In this document: in pieces, positions 30,641 to 39,559 of the stretch
Layout of the letters: every line of letters starts with the position of its first letter
How positions within the stretch are numbered: the stretch's first letter is position 1
Assembly (NCBI GenBank): GCA_964539455.1
Contig: CAZIIP010000001.1
Location: 2,380 to 66,379, forward strand
Direction: 5' to 3'
DNA: 64,000 bases
Source: an uncultured Rhodothermales bacterium
GTDB lineage: Bacteria > Bacteroidota > Rhodothermia > Rhodothermales > CAYLXM01
Notes under the pieces: generated by a model
The model's database searches: none
What the model saw: the letters and a program-made list of their open reading frames with translations, nothing else
What the model was told of the DNA's origin: nothing
Translations under genes and position numbers: made by a program

Positions 30641-31903
30641 ATGAAACGATCAATCGTCCTATTCCTGGCAGGCGGACTGGTAATGATCGCCCTTGCTGCG
30701 TTGCTTGTGAACATATTTGAACGCAAGCAGGAAGGGCTGACGGGACCCATGGCGGTAGTCGATATAGGTGAAAACGAGATCGATCCGGCTGTGTGGGGAC
30801 AAAATTACCCGGACCATTATGACCGCTTCATGCGAACCGCCGAGAACTACGGGGCAACGGCGTATGGTGGATCGGAGCCCTATTCTAAGCTCGAGCGCCA
30901 TCCGGCCATGAAGCGCCTGTGGGCAGGCTATTCATTTGCGATCGATCACAACGAGGAGCGAGGACACTACTACGCAAAAGTTGATCAGGAGAACACGCAA
31001 CGGGTGAAGGTGGTCAGCCAGCCCGGCGCGTGCATCAACTGCCACGCGGCCGAGGCGCCGGGACTCATCGATGAAATGGGCTGGGAGACATTCAACCGAA
31101 CGCCCTACAACGACCTGTTGCCGCAACTGCATCTCGGCACTTCATGTGCAGATTGTCACGACCCGGAATCGATGTCGCTCAGAATAACGCGCCTCGCTTT
31201 CCGCAATGCGATGGAAGCGCTCGACGTCAATCTGGAGGAGGCAACACGCCAGGAAATGCGGACATACGTCTGCGCCCAATGTCACGTGGAGTACTATTTC
31301 CAGGGAGAAGACAAGTTGTTGACTTTTCCGTGGACGGAAGGCCTGAACATCGACAGCATCTCCACTTACTATGAAAACATCGCCTTCGGCGACTGGACAC
31401 ACGGCGAAACGGGTGGACAAATGATCAAGGTTCAGCATCCTGAGTACGAACTCTGGAGCACGGGACTGCACGCCCGTTCCGGCGTGTCATGTGCCGACTG
31501 CCACATGCCGTACATGCGTGTCGGCGCCACCAAGATATCAGACCACTGGATTCGAAGTCCGCTCGTCAATGTGAGCAACGCCTGCGGAACCTGTCACAAC
31601 CGACCCGACGAGGAACTTCGCGAGCGTGTGTGGACCATTCAGCATCGAACGTCCGAATTGCTCTACCGTACCGAAGAAGCCATTGTCGATGCAATTGATG
31701 CCATTGTAGACGCCCAGGAACGCGGAGTACCCGACGCTGAACTTGCCGAGGCACGCAGACTGCACCGGGAGGCTAGTTTGCGCTGGGACTTCGTATCATC
31801 CGAAAACTCGACCGGATTCCACAGCCCGCAAGAGGCTGCGCGGGTGTTGGCAACCGCCATCGATCTTGCGCGTCAGGCTGAACGGAAGGCAGCATCCGGT
31901 TAA
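30641..31903 (+). CDS. nrfA: ammonia-forming cytochrome c nitrite reductase, pentaheme
   Basis: Start at MKRSIVLFLAGG. Five heme motifs (CINCH, CADCH, CAQCH, CADCH, CGTCH) whose spacing, as I recall it, matches NrfA. The first motif is CXXCH (31031..31045), not CXXCK. Confidence 0.9.
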   Translation: MKRSIVLFLAGGLVMIALAALLVNIFERKQEGLTGPMAVVDIGENEIDPAVWGQNYPDHYDRFMRTAENYGATAYGGSEPYSKLERHPAMKRLWAGYSFAIDHNEERGHYYAKVDQENTQRVKVVSQPGACINCHAAEAPGLIDEMGWETFNRTPYNDLLPQLHLGTSCADCHDPESMSLRITRLAFRNAMEALDVNLEEATRQEMRTYVCAQCHVEYYFQGEDKLLTFPWTEGLNIDSISTYYENIAFGDWTHGETGGQMIKVQHPEYELWSTGLHARSGVSCADCHMPYMRVGATKISDHWIRSPLVNVSNACGTCHNRPDEELRERVWTIQHRTSELLYRTEEAIVDAIDAIVDAQERGVPDAELAEARRLHREASLRWDFVSSENSTGFHSPQEAARVLATAIDLARQAERKAASG

Positions 31904-31919
31904 TGTATACCGGCTCTGG

Positions 31920-32072
31920 ACGCGTAGGTACTGCCGCAGATCCTGCATTCAGCCTTTCCCACGCATGGCACCGGCCCCGGGCGTGTAGGTACTTCCGCAG
32001 ATCCCGCATTCAGCCTTTCCCACGCATGGCACCGGCCCCGGGCGTGTAGCTGCTGCCGCATCCTCCGGCACC
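31920..32072. repeat. 61-bp tandem direct repeat, ~2.5 copies
   Basis: Copies at 31920..31980 and 31981..32041 differ at a handful of positions (..GTAGGTACT[GT]CCGCAGATCC[TC]GCATTCAGCCTTTCCCACGCATGGCACCGGCCCCGG). A third, diverging partial copy starts at 32042. The repeat fills the whole nrfA / fasciclin convergent spacer. Confidence 0.85.
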
Positions 32073-32074
32073 AA

Positions 32075-32641
32075 CTATCCGTCCACCAGGAGAAACACCT
32101 TGTCGACCACGTGGACGACACCGTTCGTCGCTTCCACCGTGGCGAGGATCTCGGCACCGTTTACGTAGGTTTTGCCGTCACGCACTTCCACCGGTACGTA
32201 GTGACCACTGGCCTGATAAATTTGCGTGCCGTCCTCAAGCAGCTTGCCCTTGAATACGCCGGGTGCAGCGTGTGAGGTAATGATTGCTGCCAGTTTGCTC
32301 TTGTTTTCCGGTTTTAGGAGCGTCTCGACGGTACCGTCCGGCAACGCCTCGAATGCAGCGTTCGTGGGAGCGAAAACGGTCAGCGGTCCGGCGTTTACGA
32401 GCACGTTTTCCATGGATGCCGCCTCAACGGCAGCGGCCAGCGTGCTGTGATCCGGCGAGGCCATGGCAACCTGGAGAATGTTCTTCTCCGATACGTCATC
32501 CACGACATACGCCTGCCCACGATTGCTCCCGGTGGCCGCTGCGTCAAATGACTCGGCCGGCGAATCGGGTCCGCAAGCGCTCAACAAAACTCCCATAACC
32601 AGAACAATGGAGCCGGTCAGAGCCAGATTGGTTGTTTGCAT
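32075..32641 (-). CDS. fasciclin (FAS1) domain lipoprotein
   Basis: Start at MQTTNLALTGSIVLVMGVLLSACG (lipobox). FAS1 motifs HSTLAAAV, TVFAPTNAAF and NGVVHVVDKVF. Confidence 0.85.
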   Translation of the reverse strand: MQTTNLALTGSIVLVMGVLLSACGPDSPAESFDAAATGSNRGQAYVVDDVSEKNILQVAMASPDHSTLAAAVEAASMENVLVNAGPLTVFAPTNAAFEALPDGTVETLLKPENKSKLAAIITSHAAPGVFKGKLLEDGTQIYQASGHYVPVEVRDGKTYVNGAEILATVEATNGVVHVVDKVFLLVDG

Positions 32642-32907
32642 TCTTCCTTTGTTTGGTGTCAGAAATCCAGCGCCCCTGTGTTCCCTGCTCATCTGCAAAA
32701 CACAAGCGTGATGTATAGAATAAGATATGAGAGTCTTTTATCCACTATCAAGTGCCGTGCGGGTTTGATAAGACGATCACGTTGACCGTCGGGAAGGATG
32801 CTGTTTTGAAAAGATGGTGAGCGAGGCCGACTTTACACGATTAGGCAGCCCTCGAAGAAGAGCGGTCTGGAGCCGAACTTGTTTGAGATTTCAGAGTATC
32901 CGCAATA

Positions 32908-32923
32908 AAGACCTATATGTCTT
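32908..32923. promoter_or_regulatory. inverted repeat AAGAC-N6-GTCTT in a motif shared by three consecutive gene starts
   Basis: AATAAAGACCTATATGTCTTAATTTG (32904..32929) resembles GATAAAATAGTCCTATGTCTTATTG (33913..33937, cytochrome c start) and GATAAAGG..ATACCTATATGTGG (33446..33474, second Rrf2 start). Confidence 0.3.
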
Positions 32924-32938
32924 AATTTGACGAATACA

Positions 32939-33385
32939 ATGCTATTTTCGCGTGGTGCGGAGTATGGAATCAGGGCTACGCTCTACCTGGCCGCAAACCA
33001 TAACGGCGGTTACCTGCCGATCAGTGAGATCAGTGAGAAACTGGACATCTCTTTCCATTTTTTGACCAAAATCTTCCAGAAACTTACAAAGGCAGGACTG
33101 CTGCAATCATTCAGGGGGCCCAAGGGTGGCGTGACGCTCGCACGACCCGCATCAGGTATCACGCTCCAGGATGTCGTCACCGCGATAGACGGCGACGGTT
33201 TGTTCACGAATTGCGTACTCGGATTGCCCGGATGCGGGGACTGCACTCCTTGTCCGCTTCACGACGAATGGGCCCGACAACGCGCCCTCATTCAAGAAAT
33301 GCTCTCCCGGAAGACGATCGAAGCGACCGCCTCGGAGATTCAAGCCGAAGACCTGCGCCTCGAAGGGCGTATCCCCTGCCCCTAG
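32939..33385 (+). CDS. Rrf2-family transcriptional regulator (NsrR/IscR-like, Cys-rich)
   Basis: MLFSRGAEYGIRATLYLA start, wHTH ISEISEKLDISFHFLTKIFQKLTKAGLLQSFRGPKGG, and Cys cluster CVLGLPGCGDCTPCPLH. The ATG at 32939 is preferred over the TTG at 32927. Confidence 0.85.
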   Translation: MLFSRGAEYGIRATLYLAANHNGGYLPISEISEKLDISFHFLTKIFQKLTKAGLLQSFRGPKGGVTLARPASGITLQDVVTAIDGDGLFTNCVLGLPGCGDCTPCPLHDEWARQRALIQEMLSRKTIEATASEIQAEDLRLEGRIPCP

Positions 33386-33468
33386 CAGAGGCGTAGAAGA
33401 CCGCCCCGCCCTATTGACAATCACGGAGGTTTGACCTATAATTCAGATAAAGGACTCCTAATACCTAT

Positions 33469-33876
33469 ATGTGGTCCAAGACCTGTCGATACGGTATGAT
33501 GATATGTGGTAGTCTGGCAGAAATGCAGGATTGCGGCTTCATCTCAGTGCGACGACTGGGAGAGATCCTGGGGATTGCGCCTTGCGTTTTGGCAAAGGTC
33601 GTGCAACGACTGACACGCGCTGGAATACTGGAATCTCAGCGTGGACCTCAAGGCGGTGTTCGGTTGCAACCGAAGGCGGAAGACCTTCCTATACGGAACC
33701 TCGTACGCGCGTTGGATGACCTGTCGTGGCTGGATGTTTGTCCCTTTCATCCGCGGGCCCAACCTGATCTGCAGACCTGCTCCTTACACGGTTCGTGGGA
33801 CTTGGTCAGGGCCAGTGTTCAAACCTTCGTCGATACAACAACCATCGGTGATCTTAAATCGGAGCAGTTGACATAA
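33469..33876 (+). CDS. Rrf2-family transcriptional regulator (divergent paralogue)
   Basis: CRYGMMICGSLA..., wHTH LGEILGIAPCVLAKVVQRLTRAGILESQRGPQGG. The C-terminal part has only two Cys (CPFHP....CSLH). Confidence 0.8.
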   Translation: MWSKTCRYGMMICGSLAEMQDCGFISVRRLGEILGIAPCVLAKVVQRLTRAGILESQRGPQGGVRLQPKAEDLPIRNLVRALDDLSWLDVCPFHPRAQPDLQTCSLHGSWDLVRASVQTFVDTTTIGDLKSEQLT

Positions 33877-33926
33877 CCCCCACCGGTTTATTCTTTTTCT
33901 GCTCAATAATCGGATAAAATAGTCCT

Positions 33927-34397
33927 ATGTCTTATTGTCACAGACCTGCCGCAGGACTGCTTGCGGGTTTGATAGTGCTTGTCCTGAGTTTGTCGCCGGG
34001 ATGCGGCGGTTCATCTGGTGATGCAGGAGCGGCGGAGCCGGAGGGTCCGTCAGAGGAGCAGCTTCGAATCGGATTTGGGCCGGTCAGGGAAATTTCGCTG
34101 GGTGCGATAGATGCTGATTTGGTTGCAGAGGGAGAGGAGTTATTCACCGTCAAGTGCACGGCCTGTCACAGGCTGGACTCTCGGTATGTAGCACCGCCGC
34201 TGGGAGACGTCACGACCAGACGTTCGCCCGAGTTCATCATGAACATGATCCTGAATCCGGAGGGGATGGTTCAGCAACATCCCGAAGTGAGGGCCTTGCT
34301 GACCGAATATCTCACGCCCATGCCCAATCAGCAACTCACGGAAGACGAGGCACGGGCGATTCTGGAATACCTCCGGCAAGCGGCCGATTCGACCTAG
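33927..34397 (+). CDS. monoheme c-type cytochrome lipoprotein (putative electron donor to NosZ)
   Basis: Lipobox LSLSPGCGG, a single CTACH heme motif, and a distal Met context LTPMPNQ. Located immediately upstream of nosZ. Confidence 0.8.
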   Translation: MSYCHRPAAGLLAGLIVLVLSLSPGCGGSSGDAGAAEPEGPSEEQLRIGFGPVREISLGAIDADLVAEGEELFTVKCTACHRLDSRYVAPPLGDVTTRRSPEFIMNMILNPEGMVQQHPEVRALLTEYLTPMPNQQLTEDEARAILEYLRQAADST

Positions 34398-34463
34398 ACG
34401 ATCCGCGCGGTAAAATCGTGCTTCACTCGACAAAATATTCACCCCACGTCACAACATAGTGCC

Positions 34464-36431
34464 ATGAAAACAAAAACCTGGATCATCCTGACTCTCGCCG
34501 GGGTCGGTGTCGCAGCCCTTCTGGCATCACAAGGATGCAGAAATATCGGATCACCGGTCGCCGGTGATGCGGATGCGGCCGCGAAAGTATATGTACCGCC
34601 CGGCTCATACGATGAATTCTACGCCTTTATGTCCGGCGGCTTTAGTGGACAGCTTACCGTTCACGGGCTTCCTTCGGGACGGCTACTTAAGACGATCGCC
34701 GTCTTCTCGCAGCACCCCGAAAACGGCTGGGGTTATTCCGAAGAGTCCAAGGCTATGCTGAATACCTCTTACGGCTTCATACCATGGGACGATGCCCATC
34801 ATCCCGAGCTTTCGATGACGGACGGCGTTCCCGATGGCCGCTGGATCTTCATCAATGCGAATAACACGCCACGCGTGGCACGCATCGACCTCACCCGATT
34901 CGAAACGGATGAAATTGTAGAGATACCCAACTCGGCCGGAAACCACGGTTCGCCGTTCATCACGCCAAACTCGGAGTATATCGTTGCGACGACGCGATTT
35001 GCGGTCCCGGTGCCACAGCGTGACATGCCGATTGCCGAGTATAAGGGAAACTTCAAGGGTATGCTGAGCTTCATCCGGGCCGACCGGCCCGACGAAATGG
35101 ACGTCTCCTTTCAGATTCTCGTCCCCGGATACAATTATGACCTCGCACATGCCGGCAAAGGACCATCTGACGGCTGGATGTTCTTTACATCCTATAACTC
35201 GGAAGAAGCCCACACGCTGCTTGAAGTAAATGCTTCGCAGAACGACAAGGACTTCGTCGCCGCGGTCAACTGGCGCCGGGCGGAAGAGTGCGTGGCACAG
35301 GGCAATGCCCGGGAAATGCAGGCATCCTACGTCCACAACTATATCGACGAAACCGATCACGCCGTGTCGGACATGCATGATAGCGTGACCGTCCTGGAAC
35401 CGTCCGACTGTGAGAACCTGGTTTACTTCCTCCCCACCCCGAAATCACCGCACGGCGTAGATGTCGATCCGACGGGCGAGTTCATCGTCGCGGGCGGCAA
35501 GCTGGCAACTGTCATCCCGGTTCACTCATTCTCCAAAATGATCCAGGCGATCGAAAACGAGGAGTTCGAGACGGTGGTAGACGGGATTCCCGTGCTGCAG
35601 TATGAATCCGTGATTGCGGGTGAAGTCGAAAACCCTGGTCTCGGACCGCTCCACACCGAATTCGATGGAAACGGCTACGCCTACACGACGGCATTTATTA
35701 CGTCGGAGATCGTGAAGTGGAGCCTGGAAACCTTCGAGGTTGTAGACCGCATTCCGGTCTACTATTCGGTCGGACACCTCATGATACCCGGCGGCGACAG
35801 CAGGGAACCGTCGGGCAAGTACCTGGTCGCCCTCAACAAAATCACAAAAGACCGCTATTTACCCACCGGTCCTGAACTGGCACATGCGGCCCAGTTGATC
35901 GACATCAGCGGTGACAAGATGCGCATATTGCTTGACTTCCCGACGATGGGCGAGCCACATTACGCGCAAGGCATCCCCGCCGAGCTCATTATGGACCAGC
36001 AGGTCAAAATGTACCCGCTCGAGGAGAACCATCATCCGTATGCCGTCACCAGTGAAGGTGAAACACGGGTCGAACGCGACGGAAACGAAGTGCATGTCTA
36101 CATGAGCGCGATCCGGAGCCACTTTGCACCGGACAATATCGAGGGGATTCGTGTCGGTGATCATGTGTACTTCCACGTGACCAATCTCGAGCAGGACTGG
36201 GACGTGCCCCATGGCTTCGCCGTCATCGGCGCAAACAATTCCGAGTTGCTGATCATGCCGGGCCAGACGCGAACCCTGACCTGGGAGCCCCAGCGGGTCG
36301 GCGTGTTTCCCTTCTACTGCACCGATTTCTGCTCTGCCCTTCACCAGGAAATGCAGGGCTACATCCGGGTCTCACCGGCCGGATCAGACGTCCCGCTCGC
36401 CTACGGTACGGCGGAACTCATCACCCCGTAA
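34464..36431 (+). CDS. nosZ: nitrous-oxide reductase, clade II (Sec-type signal)
   Basis: Signal MKTKTWIILTLAGVGVAALLASQGC with no twin-arginine. Seven-bladed propeller region with conserved His residues. C-terminal CuA motif FYCTDFCSALHQEMQGYIRV. Confidence 0.95.
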   Translation: MKTKTWIILTLAGVGVAALLASQGCRNIGSPVAGDADAAAKVYVPPGSYDEFYAFMSGGFSGQLTVHGLPSGRLLKTIAVFSQHPENGWGYSEESKAMLNTSYGFIPWDDAHHPELSMTDGVPDGRWIFINANNTPRVARIDLTRFETDEIVEIPNSAGNHGSPFITPNSEYIVATTRFAVPVPQRDMPIAEYKGNFKGMLSFIRADRPDEMDVSFQILVPGYNYDLAHAGKGPSDGWMFFTSYNSEEAHTLLEVNASQNDKDFVAAVNWRRAEECVAQGNAREMQASYVHNYIDETDHAVSDMHDSVTVLEPSDCENLVYFLPTPKSPHGVDVDPTGEFIVAGGKLATVIPVHSFSKMIQAIENEEFETVVDGIPVLQYESVIAGEVENPGLGPLHTEFDGNGYAYTTAFITSEIVKWSLETFEVVDRIPVYYSVGHLMIPGGDSREPSGKYLVALNKITKDRYLPTGPELAHAAQLIDISGDKMRILLDFPTMGEPHYAQGIPAELIMDQQVKMYPLEENHHPYAVTSEGETRVERDGNEVHVYMSAIRSHFAPDNIEGIRVGDHVYFHVTNLEQDWDVPHGFAVIGANNSELLIMPGQTRTLTWEPQRVGVFPFYCTDFCSALHQEMQGYIRVSPAGSDVPLAYGTAELITP

Positions 36432-36502
36432 ACCTACTGCACCGGACGGGTGCCAAACCCGCGCCCGTCCGGTGAGTCTTCCCACCGGAATTGATCTGCG
36501 AA

Positions 36503-37579
36503 ATGCAACCGAGAAACAGGATCATACTGGTCATCGCAGCGCTGATGCTTGCCGGACTCTACGTGCTTCCTCTGTGGAAAATCTCCCTGGAAGCACCGCA
36601 GTATCCGGAAGGCATCGGGATGTACATCCGCATCAACGATGTGACGGGGGTAGAAGAATACGACCTCGGCAACATCAACAATCTTAATCACTACATCGGA
36701 ATGAAGCGCATTGAACCGGACAGCATTCCGGAACTGCGCATCATGCCGTGGTTGATCGGCTTTCTCGTGCTGCTGGGCCTGACCACGGCGGCAGCCGGCA
36801 AGCGATGGCTGCTCTATACCTGGACGTTGCTGTTTGTCGCCGTTGCGACCACGGGTCTGGTCGATTTCTACCTCTGGGAATATGACTACGGCCACAACCT
36901 CGACATGGAAACCGCCATCATCAAAATTCCAGGTATGTCCTATCAGCCCCCTCTCATTGGAAGCAAAGTGTTGCTGAACTTTGTCGCACACTCCTGGCCG
37001 GCAGCCGGTGGCTGGCTGGCCCTCGTTGCTCTTGGTACGGGAGTGGTGCTTTCCTGGCATGAATGGCGCAGCAACCGTCGGCAAAAGACCGCATCACGGA
37101 CCGTTACCGCGGGCGTGGCAGTTGCGGCGCTCGTTCTAATAGCGGGATGTACGCCCGAGCCCGCCGAAATCCGCTACGGTGAGGATTCCTGCGTCCACTG
37201 CATGATGACCGTCAGTGACGAACGGTACGGCACGGAGTTGGTCACCGGCACAGGAAAGACGCTCACATTTGATTCCATCGAATGCCTGGCCGCCTATACG
37301 GACGCAAACCCGAAGCTTGACGTGCATTCTCTCTGGGTAACCGCGTTCGACGATCCCGGAAAGTTAATTCCGCTGGATTCGGCAACTTTCCTGCGGAGCG
37401 AAAACCTCCGCAGTCCGATGGGGATGAACCTGACCGCATTCAGTCCGGCCATGACGCCGGATGCTGCTATCAACGCATTTGCGGGACGCGTGTTGACCTG
37501 GGAAGAGGTTGTCGAACTCGTGACCTCGGACACGCCCGGCACCGGGCACTCCGGACACCCCTCAACCGGAATGGAGTGA
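36503..37579 (+). CDS. fusion of a NosB-like polytopic membrane protein and a NosL-like copper chaperone domain
   Basis: aa 1-~195 have four or more TM helices and the EAPQYPEG motif, in the position of nosB in clade II clusters. An internal lipobox-like VAALVLIAGC (Cys codon 37148..37150) follows, then the NosL-type CVHCMMTVSDERYG....FDSIECLAAY. A single frame with no stop. Confidence 0.75.
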   Translation: MQPRNRIILVIAALMLAGLYVLPLWKISLEAPQYPEGIGMYIRINDVTGVEEYDLGNINNLNHYIGMKRIEPDSIPELRIMPWLIGFLVLLGLTTAAAGKRWLLYTWTLLFVAVATTGLVDFYLWEYDYGHNLDMETAIIKIPGMSYQPPLIGSKVLLNFVAHSWPAAGGWLALVALGTGVVLSWHEWRSNRRQKTASRTVTAGVAVAALVLIAGCTPEPAEIRYGEDSCVHCMMTVSDERYGTELVTGTGKTLTFDSIECLAAYTDANPKLDVHSLWVTAFDDPGKLIPLDSATFLRSENLRSPMGMNLTAFSPAMTPDAAINAFAGRVLTWEEVVELVTSDTPGTGHSGHPSTGME

Positions 37580-37586
37580 TCCTTTA

Positions 37587-38834
37587 ATGCACGTCGGCAA
37601 ATGGGCATATCGTGTTCTTCTGTTGGTCACCGTTCTCGGCGCCGGTAATTTGTATGGGCAAGAAATTTTAGTGGATCCGAACGGTCGAATCCGGTCTATT
37701 GGCCAGGCCATCGAAACGGCCCCGCCGGGCTCTTACGTTCACGTATCACCCGGCACCTATCTCGAGGGTGGCATTGTGATCGACAAGCCGCTCTCCGTGA
37801 TCGGACAACCCGGAGCCGTCATCGATGGCGGCGGGGAGCGTCAAATCATGACCGTTACGGCAGACAGCGTCGAGATACGAGGGCTAACGTTCAGAAACGT
37901 CGGCACAAGCTTCGTCGAGGACCGCGCCGCCATCAAAGTCGACGAAGCCCGGCACTGTATCATATCCGGAAACCGTCTCGAGGACACGTTCTTCGGCATC
38001 TATTTGGCAAAGGCGGCCGACTGCCTGATCGAAGGAAACGTGATTGTCGGAGAAAACACCACGGAGTCACGTTCGGGTAACGGCATTCATCTCTGGTACT
38101 GCAAGGACATCCGGATCTCCGACAACCGGATTCGCGGGCATCGTGACGGTATTTATCTGGAGTTCGTCGAAGACAGCTACATATCTGGAAATGTGAGCGA
38201 GCATAACCACCGGTATGGACTGCATTTCATGTTTTCGGACCGCTGCGACTATCGTGGGAATATTCTGCGCGACAATGATGCCGGAGTCGCCGTTATGTAC
38301 ACGAAGAACGTCCAGATGGTGGGGAACACCTTCGAACACAATTGGGGCAGCGCCTCATACGGTCTGCTGTTGAAAGACATCACCGACAGCACGGTGCTGG
38401 ACAACCGCTTCGATCGTAACACGACCGGTATTTATCTGGAAGGATCAAATCGTGTAGAGGTTCGGAGAAACGACTTTTTTTCCAATGGCTGGGCGGTCAA
38501 GGTAATGGCCAATGCGGAGGATAACCGTTTCGAACGGAATGCTTTTGTTGCCAACACCTTCGATGTGTCTACCAACAGCAGGAGCACGTACAGCATCTTT
38601 GCCGAAAACTACTGGGACGAATACGAGGGATATGATTTGAACCAGGATGGAATCGGCGATGTGCCCTTCCATCCGGTACGGCTCTTCTCCCTCGTCGTCG
38701 AACAGAACGCCCCCGCAATCGTGCTTCTGAGAAGTTTTCTGATTGACCTGCTCGATGCCGTCGAGCGCGTATTTCCGGCTTTTACACCCGAAACACTCGC
38801 GGATGAACGCCCGCTCATGAGGAGGCCGATATGA
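37587..38834 (+). CDS. nosD: nitrous-oxide reductase maturation protein NosD (periplasmic parallel beta-helix)
   Basis: Signal peptide, then repeated beta-helix turns (ISGNRLED.FFGIYL, IEGNVIVG, ISDNRIRGHRDGIYLE, ISGNVSEHNHRYGLHFM...). Confidence 0.9.
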   Translation: MHVGKWAYRVLLLVTVLGAGNLYGQEILVDPNGRIRSIGQAIETAPPGSYVHVSPGTYLEGGIVIDKPLSVIGQPGAVIDGGGERQIMTVTADSVEIRGLTFRNVGTSFVEDRAAIKVDEARHCIISGNRLEDTFFGIYLAKAADCLIEGNVIVGENTTESRSGNGIHLWYCKDIRISDNRIRGHRDGIYLEFVEDSYISGNVSEHNHRYGLHFMFSDRCDYRGNILRDNDAGVAVMYTKNVQMVGNTFEHNWGSASYGLLLKDITDSTVLDNRFDRNTTGIYLEGSNRVEVRRNDFFSNGWAVKVMANAEDNRFERNAFVANTFDVSTNSRSTYSIFAENYWDEYEGYDLNQDGIGDVPFHPVRLFSLVVEQNAPAIVLLRSFLIDLLDAVERVFPAFTPETLADERPLMRRPI

Positions 38835-39559
38835 TTGAGATGCAGCACATTAGCAAGCGGTATGGTGTGCTCGATGTGCTCCGGGATTTTTCGATGTCGA
38901 CCTCAGCGGGCCGAACCACGGCCGTTGTCGGACCCAACGGATCCGGTAAGACCACGCTCATCAAGTGTCTGTTAGGACTGGTGCACATGGACGCAGGTAC
39001 CGTTCTTGAGGACGGTCAACCCGTCAAAGACGCAGCCGGCCTCCGCGCAAAAATCGGATACATGCCCCAGCGTGCGCCGTTTCCCGACAATTTGACCCCG
39101 AGAGAGGTGATCGCGATGCTGAAGGATCTCCGCGGCGCCGGCGTGACAACGGATGAAACCCTGATCGATGCCTTTGAACTGACGTCCGAAATGGACAAAC
39201 TGGTCCGGAACCTCTCCGGCGGGACGAGACAGAAGGTCAGTGCTGCCGTCGCCTTTCTATTCCAGCCGCAGATACTCGTACTGGACGAACCCACTGCAGG
39301 CCTGGACCCCGTTGCCAGTAGCATTCTGAAAGATCGCATCGTAGCGGCTGCATCGGCTGGATCCTCCGTTCTTCTGACCTCACACATAATGAGCGAAATC
39401 GAGGAACTGGCAGACGACATTGTTTTCCTCCTCGAGGGTGCCGCAAGGTTCAGGGGCAGTGTCAAGGAACTCAAACAACGAACGGGTCACAGCAAACTGG
39501 AGCGTGCCGTTGCTTCCCTGATGAACTCCGGTATGCTTTTGGTGGAGAGGGCGGCATGA
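38831..39559 (+). CDS. nosF: ABC transporter ATP-binding protein NosF
   Basis: Walker A GPNGSGKTT, signature LSGGTRQK, Walker B ILVLDEPTAGLD. 4-nt overlaps with both neighbours. Confidence 0.9.
   Translation: MIEMQHISKRYGVLDVLRDFSMSTSAGRTTAVVGPNGSGKTTLIKCLLGLVHMDAGTVLEDGQPVKDAAGLRAKIGYMPQRAPFPDNLTPREVIAMLKDLRGAGVTTDETLIDAFELTSEMDKLVRNLSGGTRQKVSAAVAFLFQPQILVLDEPTAGLDPVASSILKDRIVAAASAGSSVLLTSHIMSEIEELADDIVFLLEGAARFRGSVKELKQRTGHSKLERAVASLMNSGMLLVERAA

Noticed and set aside
31920-32072. 61-bp repeats as a possible CRISPR array
   Set aside because: The units are directly adjacent with no unique spacers, there are only ~2.5 copies, the unit length is atypical, and no cas genes are present in the window.
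34683-35378. 231-aa minus-strand ORF inside nosZ
   Set aside because: Antisense to an unmistakable nosZ. It has no motifs, and its Arg/Gly/Val-rich composition is typical of shadow ORFs.
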